This document shows, one piece after another, positions 12,794 to 26,199 of a stretch of 64,000 bases of DNA. The stretch is from positions 62,001 through 126,000 of the forward strand of contig JALMLS010000450.1 of the NCBI GenBank assembly GCA_038496445.1, given 5' to 3'. The notes under the pieces are model-generated. The model made no database searches. It was not told the DNA's origin and worked only from the letters and a program-made list of their open reading frames with translations. Position numbers and translations under genes: made by a program. Numbering within the stretch: the stretch's first letter is position 1; the number at the start of each line of letters is the position of its first letter. This DNA is from Trichosphaerium sp. ATCC 40318 (Eukaryota > Protista > Tubulinea).

Positions 12794-13860
12794 CTATATT
12801 TATTTAACACATTGTTATTATTTTAGTCACGATACCTCTTTGTTATTTTTGACTTCGTGTCTCGGAGTTAGCGATTTAAGAAACTTTAACATAATTTGAT
12901 GTATTGACGGTTTTGTTTTAGTTGGTTAATTTGTTAATCACGTGTTAGAGAAAAATGACTTAAAGTGATAAGATATGTATTCGAAAATGCTTGTGTACTA
13001 TTTCACGTTTTAATGTTTGGAATCTTATCAACAAGATATTTGTGTATGATTGATTCCTTCTCAAGTACAGCACTACTATGTGCTAGTACTAAAGAGCATC
13101 GAACAACTTTGTTAAAGTTAGATAAAATACAACGAACATGTGCAAATGTCATTGTAGCTATTTAAAAGGACAACCTTTCATTTGACAACCTAACTATGGT
13201 ACGACCATGATAACTATTGTAAACTACTCCACAATCTATGTAAAATCAAGAACATAGATTTGATTAGTGAGGAGCTTAAAAAAACTGAGCTAGTGCTTTT
13301 TTACAAGTATATTTTAGATCAAAATAAATGCCATACACAAATGGTATACTGTATTGATTCTTTACAAGTGCTTAAACAAGGAGAGTATAGCACGTTAAAA
13401 TTATCTAATTTCTTATGCTAAGAAAGTGATAGTTCAATATCTGCATTCACAAAAACAAAAATGGCGAGGGCATTGAGATATCAACATTGCTTCAATTTTT
13501 TTAAGCTTTGAAGTATAGGTTCTAACCAACACAACCGTACAGCCATATATAAAGTACCAACTAATCAAACCTTGCTAAAAGGCTTCAGATAACAATGGCT
13601 AAACACGTGAAATGAAACGTTGCAGTTTTCACATGTGAGTTTATTTCCACTCAGCTGGTTTTTTCATATTATGTACTGTTAGAATGAGAGAACATGTTTT
13701 GATGTTGGCTATTTTTTGGCTTCGGCTAAGCCATCTCAAGATATTAACAGAATATTCTTAAAACGTTGGATTGTTCGGTTCTTTGTCAGCAACAAACGCT
13801 CCTTGTTTACACTAGTTATTGGTAATGAACAATCCAATGATCAACTTTGAAACGTGTACT

Positions 13861-13890
13861 TTGGTGTCAGTCTTTAAAGTTGACACGCGC
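13861..13890 (+). promoter_or_regulatory. Conserved upstream motif of the secreted family, GGT(G/A)nnAGTCTTTA..TGACACGCGC
   Basis: Same motif about 100 bp upstream of the ATG in C (28367-28393) and D (32322-32350), and partially in B (23949-23970). Confidence 0.65.
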
Positions 13891-13997
13891 CTTTTTATAA
13901 GAATACCTTCAAGCTTAAAACACTTGAGTTTTCAGTATAAAGTCTCACATTCCACATACAAAACAGATCAAACAACTGTTCAACACATCTACAACCT

Positions 13998-16713
13998 ATG
14001 AGTTTTATAGTCCTAGCAATGTTTATGATTACTATTGGAGCAGTACAGGCCCAACTCTCGTTGAACTCAAATCGCTTTTCTGATTTTCAAGAGGACATAG
14101 TTGTTACAGGTAATGCTACTGTGCGTTACAGTGGAAGATTTTATGTGAACACTTCATTGGCAACTTATGGCGAGATCCGGTCGGTGAGTGCTGGTTTTGG
14201 ACAAGAATATTTGCCGGGATCTATAAGCTGTTCCGTTAGCTCGAACACATTCATCATGAACGCATACGGCGCAGATAAATCAGAATGCAATGTTAAGTTC
14301 TTCGCAAACATATCTGACGATGAGACAATTTCAGCTGTTACTGAAGGTGCTGATGTTGGTACGCGTATTATTTCTTGTAAATCACGTGCGATTGTAATTT
14401 TATCAAGGTTATGTACTCTTAAAAACTATCAACGAGGATCAAAACCTTATTGTCGGTGTTGGAGTACAGGGAGCAGGAATTGGAGCCTTGAAGATTTTTT
14501 CGTTCGACAATGACACAATTGATTCATCGAGATTCAGTCGTCTACCATATACAGAGTCGCAATTACCAGCCCTATCAGATGTCAGACATATACAGTTTTA
14601 TACTAAAACGTTCTCGCTCTCTGCTGGTATTACAATCGAAGATATTTGTTTCGTTCCTGTAATCATTTGCGAGCACAGGTTCAGCAATACCACTGCTAAT
14701 ATAGGTACTACTGCACTTGTTTCGTAGTTTTTTCTAATCTTTATAAAGGCGATATTGTGCACGTGAATCTAGAATGTTTGAACTATGTAAATGATCCAAA
14801 TGACGAAGATGTTATTGTAACTATTGACTTTGGTATTCCCAAAACCCTTGGTGCCGTAATTGAATTTTCTCGGAACTGCACTATTGTAAGACAATTTGTT
14901 TCTGGGCAGAGTTGAGCTAATTTGTTTTCAGGATGCTTTTTGCCTTGATAATTGTGAAACGAACAATATGTGCCAAACTGGAATTTGTAATTCTCTTGGT
15001 AAGGACATAACAATTTGTTAACGAACTACTAACTCATTTGGCTTCATTAGGTACGTGTGAATACAATGATACTTCGCACTTGTGTACAGACAATAGTACT
15101 TGTGCAAACACAAATTGTGATCCTGACTATGGTGTACGTCCTTGTTTCCTTTCTATCAGTATCATCAGCTGACTCACAGCATAGTGCGTTACTACACCTG
15201 TTGAGTGTACATCTCCTGATCCATGTGTCGAATCAGAGTGTGTTGAAGATCAAGGATGTGTCTCGGTAAATGTGACTTCATCAACGTGTAGAGATAGAGC
15301 ACCAGAATCAACAAGAAATGAGTGCTGGGATCACTTCTGTGATGGTGGATGCAAACGAACAAGAAAAGATTGCTCTGGAACAAACAAATGTAACATCTAC
15401 ACATGCGACCCTGAATAGGATGTGTCTCTGAACCTCGCAATTGTGATAAAGGTGACCCATGTACAGTATATTCATGTGATCGTACGTTATTACCAGTATT
15501 ATCAATCTTATCTTTGTAAGCTCTGTTGGGTTGTATGGGACATCCAAAGAACTGTGATGATGGTTTGGTCTGTACCGAAGACACATGCAATGCCTCAGAC
15601 GGTGTGTGTGTATTTACACCCAGAAATTGTACAGCTTGCACGAGCACTATTATTGTTAATCGTGAAATTAATTGTGACGTCCTTTTCATTCCTGAGATGG
15701 AGGTACATTCAACAATCAAGATAAAGTAGTCCTTTAGTTTAACTCGTTCTGACAAGGCGAATAAGTGTCTATCTACATTCTGTAATGTCTCAGGAACAAG
15801 CAATATTCCTACAAACAACTGTGTACTGGATACAAGTCTACCCATTGAATGTAACTCGTACGATCTTTGTCAACCACAACAAACTTATCTAATCACCCTT
15901 GCTTTAGAAACAACAAGTGTATTCTCGATACTTGCAACATACTCACAGGTGACTGTGAACATACTCCTGTTGTTTGTGATAGCAACAACAACAACAGTTG
16001 TATAGTTGACACATGTGATCCTTTGATTGGATGTCAAACAGAGAACCTTATTTGTGAGAAAAGAAGTGAATGTGAAACTGCAACATGTGATCCGTAAGTA
16101 CCTAACTATCAACAATACATAGAGCTAAAGATATATTTAGAGCATCAGGATGCGTATTTGAAGAAATAAGCTGTGACGGAAATGATAAATGTCTTTTGTA
16201 TTCTTGTGATGACTCTTTTGGATGTCAAAACAGAACAAAGTGTATTCCTCCAAATGATTGTTTTGAAGCTGTTTGCGATCCACTCATTGGTGACTGCGTA
16301 TTCATAGACATTTGCCATAATACGTATGAATGAGTAAACTAATACTCAATCCTGACATCTTTATAGGACTCAAGGAGTTCTGTTGAACAACATCACAATG
16401 CCAAGCAATTCATCGTTTACTTGTGACTTTTCATTTGTTGTACAAAGTATGAACATCTTTCGTCTTCCTACTGTAGCTATTAACAACCATCACTTCAGAT
16501 TATGGTGTTTATCATCTCTCAGCAACAACCATTGACGAAAGTAACGGACTTAGGAGCAGATCTGGAAACGCTCCAATCCTTGAGTAAGTGTAGAATACAA
16601 ACTCATGCGCTGGTTCTAATAGTTGAAACTATAGAGACAAATGTATCATTCCCCAGAAGACTGAATTTATAGTGAACCATCCTCAAGAACATACGGAACG
16701 AAAAGCAACCTAA
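13998..16713 (+). pseudogene. Paralog A of the secreted modular family with Dicty_CTDC-like Cys-rich repeats; 1-bp frameshift
   Basis: Signal peptide, RFSDF, CEHRFS, repeats such as CDDGLVCTEDTC and CIVDTCDPLIGC. Relative to paralog D it lacks one T (CCTGAATAG vs CCTGTAATAG), giving TAG at 15416-15418; this could be a sequencing error. Confidence 0.7.
15117..16325. repeat. Inverted repeat with about 29885-31083 (CTDC array, introns included), interrupted by a divergent segment at about 15598-15756
   Basis: Reverse-complement near identity, also visible as near-identical ORFs 15867+/30114- and 15885-/30096+. Confidence 0.9.
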
Positions 16714-16846
16714 ATGTTGTAAAAATGTAAGCATTCTAAACGAAGTAAATAACATTATAAAGTAATATCTAATTTCCTTCGGCGGACTGGAACTGTGCAG
16801 TGTAGTTTAATTTTTGTTTATTGGGTATGTCAACGGAAATCTACCA

Positions 16847-18531
16847 CTATAGATCATACCAGTATGTAGGATTTGTACATGAGGAACTTGAAAAACTGTT
16901 TTTGTTTGATAAGCTTGAACTGCTAGATGTTTGTGAGGAACTTGCTGAAGAGCTCAAAGAAGAACTTGCAGAACTTGAAGAGCTTGATAAAGAACTTGCA
17001 GAAGAACCAGAAGAACTTGAAGGGCAAGATGATAAAAACATTGAGCTTGAGCTTGATGAACTTGCTGAAGAGTTTGAAGAGCTGGAAGAAGATAATGAGT
17101 GGAGTGCATAGCTGAGATTATGGTATGGTAAAAACTTTGTCTGTCTATATTTGCTATCCATCAGTTGACCTTTATACAATCTCTGTGGCTTGCAATTACG
17201 CTTTGGAAACTGTTGAATAAAGTCTTTATGTGTATCCAAGAAGTTAACAGCGTCAAAAACGAAGGGAATCTATACAGTTACAAGCTAAGTTAGCATTTGG
17301 ATAAAACAAAAAAAATTTCAGGTACTTTTCCTAGGTTAACCTCACATCGATCAAAGGCTACATGAAGCTCTATTGTTGGTATGTATATTTTATGATTATT
17401 GATTACAATGTTGCCAAGTTCAAGTAGTTTTCCATTGATTGTCCATATTGATACACCATTCCAAAATACTCCACAGCCTAAAATATTGTTAGTTTTTTAG
17501 TTGGTATTGTGTTAGCTACCAATAACATCCTTGTGCTTTAACTTCTTTACAAATGTCTGAAATGAACTTATTCGGGACGGTTTTTTACAACCAACAAGAC
17601 AATTCTCCATTTGTTTACCATTGTGTTTGTGAAAGCCGATCGAAACACTACTGCTGTAATTTCTTTAAAAAACAAGAAGCTAAAGGGAAATAACATACCT
17701 TTTAATTAGAGCATGCTCAAAGTACTTGACTTCAAAGTATCCAAGCATACACTGCATATCCTTCAATTGGTATGACATCCACGACTTCTTGAGTTGAACG
17801 CTCTACAAACAAAGATAAGAATTTTTTAAGAAACAAATTGAAGCAGCAAGTTTGCAGTACTACCTTGTACGATTTATCTGCGGTATGTGTGAGCTCTGTG
17901 TATGAAGGAAATGACTTAATATGCAAGTTCTTACTCCTCTTTGATCGATTCCATCCTCCACCATTGCGCTTTTTTGAAGATTCAAATTTGGTCACAGAAT
18001 CTTGTACTGAATTAGTTCAATGAATAAATAAAAAATGAAAATCTTTTTGTTAAGAGGTAGTTTTGGCATTAGGAATATTGTTTGAGATGATTCACGTTGG
18101 TACATACTAAGCATTCTGTTAATGGATCTCCAATCTGCTTTTCTACTGTTGGTAACTTTGTATAATGGTAGTATGTACTTGAACTCTCTAAAACAGCGCA
18201 TGCGATCTTTAAAAGATGTACTCAGCTCCTAAATTTGATTTTATTAGTGTAAATGCGCCTAAACTAACGAGCGCACTTGGTAGTAGTACCGGCATGTTTC
18301 CATAAGAGATAAAAAGCCAATTGAATCTAAATTCAAAGCTATTTTCTCTAAGAGCTCCTAAATCGCCATCATTAATTACTGTTTACCCATTAATATATTT
18401 AAACAACGATTTGATGAACTGAAACGTTAACGTGCGTTTGGAATTGAAAGAAACTCGCAATCGTAATCATAATCGTGCTCATCTTTAACTTGTATGGTTT
18501 TATTCTTCAAAAGCTTTAGCAACGGTTTCAT
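16847..18531 (-). CDS. Multi-exon unknown protein with poly-Ser C-terminal tract; possible N-terminal F-box
   Basis: Open exons bounded by GT..AG (e.g. GCGVFWNGVSIWTING..., IPFVFDAVNFLDTHK...SSSS). A GC donor at 18435 would give FLSIPNELLEKIALNLD; 5' splicing is ambiguous. Confidence 0.55.
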
Positions 18532-18796
18532 GTGGGTTTTTTGTTTGAAATAGTTCCTGTACTTTAACTGAACTCAACTTTTTCGGGTCTCGTTTAGAGC
18601 AAATTGCACGTCATAGTGGCATTTAAGCTTTTAGCTGCCTTCAATCTGTTAAACACGTGCGCAAAGTCTAGGGCAGCACACTCTGAGTTCCTTCTGACAA
18701 AACTTATATTTTTTTGGCAAACAAGTCTTTATTATGTTGTAATGTGTAGCCTGAACTAAAACTCATTTTGTATAATGGAAGATGTTTGAGTGTATT

Positions 18797-20431
18797 CTAC
18801 TTTGGCCTAGTAATATTATTAACGCCTGAACATGATTTTATAACTACTGTTTCGTACTCTCTAAAGTCACGTGTTTGAACTGGTTTGTTATCGAGAATTT
18901 TCTCAATTTTATCAATAACGCTTGTTGTAAGCTTATCTATAACTTCCAAAGACTTCATATTCTCAGCTACTTGAGATGCTCTGCTTGCTCCAGTCAAAAC
19001 AGAAGTCACTCTTGGGTTCTTAGCGCACTTGAAATAAAATCAGTTAAAAGAACAAGTTACACTTATATTAAGTGCTGTGAGTGTCTTACCCATGCTATGG
19101 CTAATTGCGCTTGAGTGCACTCAAGCTCTGATGCAATTGAAGCAAGTTTGCGAGATTTCTCTTGAATTTTTTCAAAAGATTTTTCCTCAAGACCATTCAT
19201 CCCTTGACCTCCTTTTAATTCCTTCAAAAGCCATGCTTTATTAGAAAACTTCAATCGACAATCATCAGGTATACCATCATTATATTTACCGGTCAATAAA
19301 CCACTATGTAAAACAAGCTTAGTACGAAGGTTGTAGCAGAAAAAAAAAACCAATGATGCAAGGTAAAACTGTAGATTTGCAAAGTTATGTCTTTTGTTTT
19401 TAACAGGAGTAGTACCTTGCCAAAGGCGACCAAATTGTAAGACCCAAACCTGGGTCGTTATACAATGGGTTGTATTCTTTCTCAACACGTGTACGTGTTA
19501 GCATATTATACTAAAATAAAGTTATTAATCACGTGACATTTGTCTAACCAAAACACTTTTTAAAAAGAAGCAATTATTCGTTATTGAGTGCGCTATGCAT
19601 ACCTGAGGTTGTTCAACGATAGGTGGTATCAAACCAAGGCTTTTTGATACTGTCACAGCTTCTTGAATTTGCTGAGCGCTCCATTCAGATGTACCCCAGT
19701 AAAAAGTTTGTCCTTTATGAATAAGGTGGTTCATGGCTCTTACTGTTTCTTCTACAACAGTATTTAGACTAACAAATGGTGTGTAACTAATTAAATACCT
19801 ATTGGAGTCCTTACATCCGGTCTATGGCAAAATACAATGTCGACATAAGGCATCTACGTTTGGTTAAAAACGAGTTTAAATAGTTTTGCTTTGTCGCTGA
19901 TTTTTTCTCCTTAAACAGTACCTGAAGACGCTTTAATGATTTCTCCATTCCCTCTATAATGTGTTTTCGTGATAGACCCTTATCATTAGGTCCTTGGCCT
20001 CCCCAAAAGATCTAAAATCCAAAAAAGTTACAAACTTTAGTACAAAAAAACCGTTTCTACCTTTGTTGTCACAACAAGGTCTGAGCGGCGCCAACCGGCT
20101 TGCTTTATTACTTTACCCATGATTTCTTCGCCTTTGCCCGCCTAGGATAGGTTATAATGGATTTTAGAGTTCAAGGAAGTATCTTTTTAACAGTTTGGAT
20201 ACCACATACCCCATACGATTCAGAGTTATCCCAACAGTTAACTCCAGCGTCGTAAGCTGTCTTCATGCATTCTAGAGCGACATTTTCGCCAACTTGCTCT
20301 GAGTACGTTACCCAAGCGCCCAATCCAAGTACGGATAACCGTAAACCACTTAAAGATACATAAACATCAAACAAAACATATAATATGTCAAAATTTTGTG
20401 TGTACGTTTTACCCATGTATCTGTATTCCAT
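18797..20431 (-). CDS. KCNAB: Voltage-gated K+ channel beta-subunit-like aldo-keto reductase (AKR6)
   Basis: [79 protein letters not shown]. Confidence 0.92.
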
Positions 20432-20698
20432 TCTAGCTAGATACTGTATTTGTTGTGGCGAAGTGTCAACGAATTCGTTTTTTGACCTTGCTTAATCACA
20501 ATACTACAACTTAACTGCCTTATAAATACGCCGGATCTCTGCTGTAGGACAACCTTTGAGAATATTTCTTATTACTTTGGTTGAGCAATAAGAAAACTCG
20601 AGCATGTTGGGAAAATAAGCACATGACTTTGTTAGCATTACCATAACGAATAAATGTGCAATGAGTTGTACAAATTCGAACCATTGTTTATTGCTATT

Positions 20699-21145
20699 CT
20701 ACCAGTACTCATTCTGCTGATTTGCTCTATTACATTTACCTTTTGCACACGCTTCACAACGTTCAGAATCGTGGGGAGGAGTATGTTTTTGGTCCCTGTG
20801 CTCTTGGGCGAAAGGTCCTTCTTCAATTCTTGTTATTATCCTTTCAGCAACACGAACTAACTCATCATCATTTATCCACTTTGGAGACTCATACTTTCCA
20901 TTACAACGTCTACATTTTTGTCCAAACACAGTCACATGGAAAATGATATTTCTTGTACTCTTTCGCCATTGAATCTGAGCTTTAGCTAGCGCAGACGTCC
21001 AGCGTCTTCGACATCTTTTACAGGTAAATCGGGCCTTGAAACTAGTTATGTATTCATCTGAGAATCCGGTCTCTTTCACTGTATATTGGAAATTGTATTC
21101 ACTTTCAGTAGCAATAATTTCATCCTTCAACTTAGGTGCTGCCAT
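20699..21145 (-). CDS. zf-3CxxC zinc-binding domain protein (RTP/ZAR1-type domain), intronless
   Basis: RFTCKRCRRRWTS, FGQKCRRC, PPHDSERCEACAKGKC. Confidence 0.88.
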   Translation of the reverse strand: MAAPKLKDEIIATESEYNFQYTVKETGFSDEYITSFKARFTCKRCRRRWTSALAKAQIQWRKSTRNIIFHVTVFGQKCRRCNGKYESPKWINDDELVRVAERIITRIEEGPFAQEHRDQKHTPPHDSERCEACAKGKCNRANQQNEYW

Positions 21146-21499
21146 CCTCTAAGAGACTTTTCTTAACATCTTTACGTTAAGTTAAGTAGCAGTCTTGTTG
21201 GACGAGCAAAGGTAATCATTACGCCTGCTGTGTGATGCTAAACTCTTTGAATGTAGTGAATGCTTCACTGTACAATTTTCTTCCGTTATGCTCTTTGTTA
21301 TCTGGGGTAGATTATCATAAAGAGATCTACCTCTAGGAATGAGGCCTATAGCAAATCATCCTGTATTCTTAAAAGTAACCCGTTCCACTAAATAACAGCA
21401 TTGCGAAAATTGTTGCGCACAAGTGCTCTTGTAAGCAGATGCACTAATACAATTTGGTAAGCTAATTAAATTCTGTGATTAAGGTTAGGGTGCAATATA

Positions 21500-22245
21500 C
21501 TTTATTACAAGATAGGTATTACAAGTCGGAAATACAGTCACCAATGCGTGCTTTAAAGTCATTCTGATATCCTTCTTTGATAAATGGTGTTGGAAATCTA
21601 CCACTACAATACACGTAAGTAAGTTGTTAATAAATAAATAAGGTAACCATACATGACAGAATATGAACCATCGTTCTCAAGCTTTACTCTGAGTGTATTA
21701 CTTCCTGAATCTCTCAACACATGTATTGCTCCCTATCCGAAAAAAATAAGAAATGAGAAATGTTTCTGATTGTCAATAAGTACCCTGTAGATGGCAACAC
21801 CTGTCTGTACATCACGTAGTTTTAATTGACTATTTGATAAAGTTGTCACATCTCTTTGTTAAGCAATTAGAACTGACAAACAAAAACTATAAAAGAAAGG
21901 TCATACGTGATTGTAAGATGAAGTGAAGCGATATCTTGAACAATTCTATCTTTATGAAGTACTTCACCTCCCTTCAAAGATCCAATTATTGATACTGTCT
22001 GTTCTGTACTATCAAACATGATACTCATGTACATACACGATAGAGTGATTGGAAGCTATTTAAAATAAATAACGGTATGAGGTTCAACATCACTTACGTT
22101 TCCTCCTGTGAAACCTTCAAATCTCAAACAATAATCATCATTGAACTTATTGTTGGCAACATTCATCAGTTTGTATGTTCCTGAAGGGAATCCGTGTTGA
22201 AGACTGAAATCAAAACATCCAACACTTGGTGGATCAGTGCTATTT
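21500..22245. repeat. Direct repeat copy 1 (C-terminal module with introns); further copies at about 26180-26925 and 28975-29617
   Basis: Near-identical sequence by eye, introns included. Confidence 0.9.
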
Positions 22246-23849
22246 GAAGACGATGGATTTGGTGTTGGAGATGAGGGCATGAATGGAAATGGTGGCATAG
22301 ATGGTAGTGAATGAGATGGAGGCGAAGGTGAGAATGGGACTGGAGAGATTTGAGGTGGTGGTTGTGTTGTTACAGGCTGTATTTGGCTTGGCTGTGTTGG
22401 AGCCAATGGTTGAGCAAACGGCGGTTTTTGAGTCGGAGGGGAAGGCATGACTGGTACTGCTGGTGTAAAAGGTGGCGTTGGTGTCGGTTGAGTCGGAGTA
22501 GAAGGTGCCTTAGTAGGCGAGATAGGAGGTTGAGTTGTAGGAACCAAAGTAGGTGGTGTTGGCGAGAAATTGTTTACAATAATTTCAGCTTGTTGAGGAA
22601 TAAGACATTCGTCTCTATTTGATAAAGTGATAAGTACGATCACATACATCTAAACAATTGTCGTACTCTAATATAGGTGCGTTTCCTGATCTACTCCTGA
22701 CACCATTGGCTGTATCAAGAACATCCGCGGATAGAAGGAATACTCCAGTATCTGAATTGAATGTGAGCACTTCTACAATTAGAAAGTTTTAGTACTTACT
22801 CTGTGCTACAAATGAAAAGTTGCAACTAAACGATGAATGCTGTGGCATGGTTATATTTAGGTTAACTCCTTGTTGAGGTGAGTTTGTTTCGCAGTTGTCA
22901 CCACATTGCAAAAACATCTCGTCCTATGAAAAGAGTCAATGTAACTTAGTTGAATGAGCTAGTACACTTACAGAGCAGCTTCGAGAAGACTCAATAACTT
23001 CTCCAAGACTTTCAGGTAGATTAAACTCGATAAGTGTGGGGTAAAAAATACTTGTGTAGGGACTATCCTTCTTACAAGTTAACGTGACGTTTACAACTTC
23101 ACCTAAACGCAAAAAACTTTAACACGTGTTAAGACATGTGGTGCTTATTCTTACCAATATGATTAACAGAGTTTGTACTGAAAGTGTGTTCACAAATAAT
23201 AGAAGGGACGTAACAAATATCTTCTATGGATATTCTTGCATCAGGTGATAAAGTATCAATTGAAAACGATAGTCGCCTAACATTTTCAAGTTCAGCTCTA
23301 TCTTGAGATTGTAGATATAACCAACTTGTTCTTGAAGTAAAAGACCCCGAGAAAAAACCACTCCGTGTAAGTCCATTTACGCCAACATTAATGATAGTAC
23401 TACCTTCTCCTTGTCTTGTTTTTAAGAGTATATAGCCTATTCGCACAATGAATACAATGCTTGATATATGACTATGGCACTTAGTACTTACTTGCACCTG
23501 ATGTTGGTCCTACAAAAGCCACAGGAGGCGCCACATCTTGACCATTTACACCAGTGTATTCGACAACACAGGATCCGTTTGCACCGCCTCTTTGATGTAA
23601 TGTGAATGACATAGAACCAACCGAACAAATAAGCTCGTTTCCGGAATAGTACAATGCTGTAACATTATGTTCGTCGCCGAAGGAATATCCTGAAGAAATA
23701 TCTCCTATGGCTGAAAAAACAGGTTCTGATTCGGTAGCTACGTAGCTAAAAGTACCCCAAAAATCAGAAAAGCGAGTCGTAGGTAACGTAGTTTGGGCTT
23801 GGACACTGATCATGATGACTCCAAGGAATACTAGGAGTATGAAACGCAT
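21519..23849 (-). CDS. Paralog B of the secreted modular family (no CTDC array; long Pro/Thr linker; shared C-terminal domain)
   Basis: MRFILL signal peptide, RFSDF, IEDICYVPSIICEHTFS, GNAPILE, Pro-rich linker, YKLMNVANNKFNDDYCLRFEG...GYQNDFKARIGDCISDL*. Confidence 0.8.
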
Positions 23850-24948
23850 ATTTTGTGAGATACGTTGCATGTTATTAGAGATGCTTTGGATTGTGTTAAG
23901 CGTTGAAAACTGTGAGTTTTTTGCCAGTCAACAGTTCTAGTAAAACGGCAAGTTAAAGACTGATACCAAACATTAATTTCAAAAAACAGCCATTAACATT
24001 GCTTATTAAATTTCAACGCGAACAGAGTGATAAGCTTCTTTTCGTGTAAAAAAGAAGTAGTACTTTTTTTATACTGTTCCGCGAATTGGTTCACGTGATA
24101 AGTAATTTTATTGAAACGAACTGTGCGGCACAAAATATGTACAAGCTTGGAGTTGAGCATGAACTTTATCTTTCTTTGTCCCTTTAGGACGTGGCATTGT
24201 CAAAATACCTGAAAATTATCGATCTCAGAACTGAATCCGCGAACAAAGCAAAAAGTCACATAATACTATGTTCGACCATAGAATTATTATCAATTGTTAT
24301 CAAATAATGACATTTACAAGGGAGAAATCAACTTGCGATAAAGGTAAATCTGTTTTTATGTATTTGATTTATTACAAGAGTTTCGGTCCATTTACACTGC
24401 TACAACTTTACAAAATAAAATTTACAATTGAGATGTCTTATTGCAAGGCCCCTTGCCTATTCTTTTGTTGGTAGTCATCGCCTGTTGTTGAAGGTGGATG
24501 TATTGTAATGTTCTGTCTTCTCATCCTTTCGTTCGTCGAACAAAATTTGTCAATTCGATTGTTGCTTTGTTAACTTGCTACATTCCTTTCAAAGTGTGTG
24601 GAGATTTGGAAATGTGTGGATTCAAAATTACTATAAACGATTAGGCTTGCTAGTCTTTCTAGGATATCAAGTGGCTTCCATTGTTATCGTTTTCGAGCAC
24701 GTTGTAATTTTGAAAGTAGAATTCGTTTTAGTGGATTGCAGGGAACTTTCTTCAACAGATTTTATTGTCCGCTTCAGTCAAGTAAGTCAACCCGTTATTT
24801 TGCCAGTTATTTTTCGCTCTGGAAGCACTTTATTTGTTGTAGTATCCATTGGAGCACTTTTTGCGAGAAAAATAAATGACGAAATAACTAGTTGACTGAA
24901 ACGGACAATAACAAAATTGACTCGTTTTTCCTTACTTTTATAAACAAT

Positions 24949-26061
24949 ATGAGTGAAGGCAACTGTTGTCCTACTGACATAAAACCAATCACTTCATCAA
25001 AATACAAACCATCTGGTCACTTTATTGATGTTGAAGGCTTAAAAGTCTATGAAACCGGTAAACAATGTAATAAAGCAATAATAATAGGATACGATATATT
25101 CGGGTACACAACAAGGAGACTAGCGCTTTGTGCGGATATTGTGAACAACTTTATCATATCACGTGGTTTTTGGGTTTAACACGTTTTCACCACGTGGTAG
25201 CTGCTACGAGTGAAACTTGATGAAAAACTTTTCGCAAGAAAATGTTTAAACTAACCTACATCGCAGGATGCACCCTAATACACAACAAGTATGTGATATA
25301 CTAGCAGCTGGAGGTTATTATGTTGTTATGCCAGACTTTTTTAAAGGAAATCCATGGCCTCTAGATGGATTTCCTCCAAAGGAATGGTCAGTACTTATGA
25401 AATGGCTGGAAGAGTCTGGAACTTGGGAAGTTATACAACCAGACTTTAAAAAGGTAAAACAAATTCACGTTTCGTTGTGATGATAATTGCGAGACCTTAG
25501 GTTGTTTCTTTCTTGAAAGAAAAAGGCGTAACTCAAATGGCTTTTTATGGTTTCTGTTGGGGTGTACTCATGGCACTACACGCTTCCGCTACTGGTTTGT
25601 TTAAGGTAGTTTAATTTTGTTTTGAGTCAGATATTATTGTGCACACAGTGATGTTAGCTCCATAATATTAGCACTAAGTTATTAACCTTCTTCGCTTTGA
25701 TTAGTAAGATTTTAAACACTTTTTTAGGTATGCGGTGGTGCTCACCCAGCTATCTTATGTACTGCAGAACTCATGTCGAAAGTTAAATCGCCGATTGTTT
25801 TTTTGCCTTCAAAGGACGAACAACAGTTTGAAGAGCTCCAGAAAGCAATGAAGGAATCTGCTTATGGTCCCAAGTGCCATTATCAGCGCTTTGATGACAT
25901 GCACCATGGATGGTGCTCTGCACGTGCCGACTTTACAAACGAGTTGAATGTAAAGAGGTACCAATGTGATACCTCCGTTTAATTTTGCTTTTTCTTATTG
26001 TTGTAGGACACATGAAGCCTTGGGGATTCTCCTTTACCACTGTAGGAAGAATATGGTTTAA
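24949..26061 (+). CDS. Dienelactone hydrolase-family alpha/beta hydrolase
   Basis: CCP, YDIFG, VVMPDFF, GFCWG nucleophile motif, AHP, HHGWCSARAD. Confidence 0.9.
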
Positions 26062-26199
26062 ACCACTTAATTATGTCGCTATTGATTTAATCCATTTTAT
26101 TCATCCTGTCGCGTTCAAAAATAATAAAGCATCAAAAGGTTTATTACAATATTGAGCTAGTATAGGTTGGTAATATACTACTTTATTACAAGATAGGTA

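Noticed and set aside
16821-17111. Acidic EELAEEL ORF on the plus strand
   Set aside because: Antisense shadow of the poly-Ser exon of the minus-strand gene; TTG start
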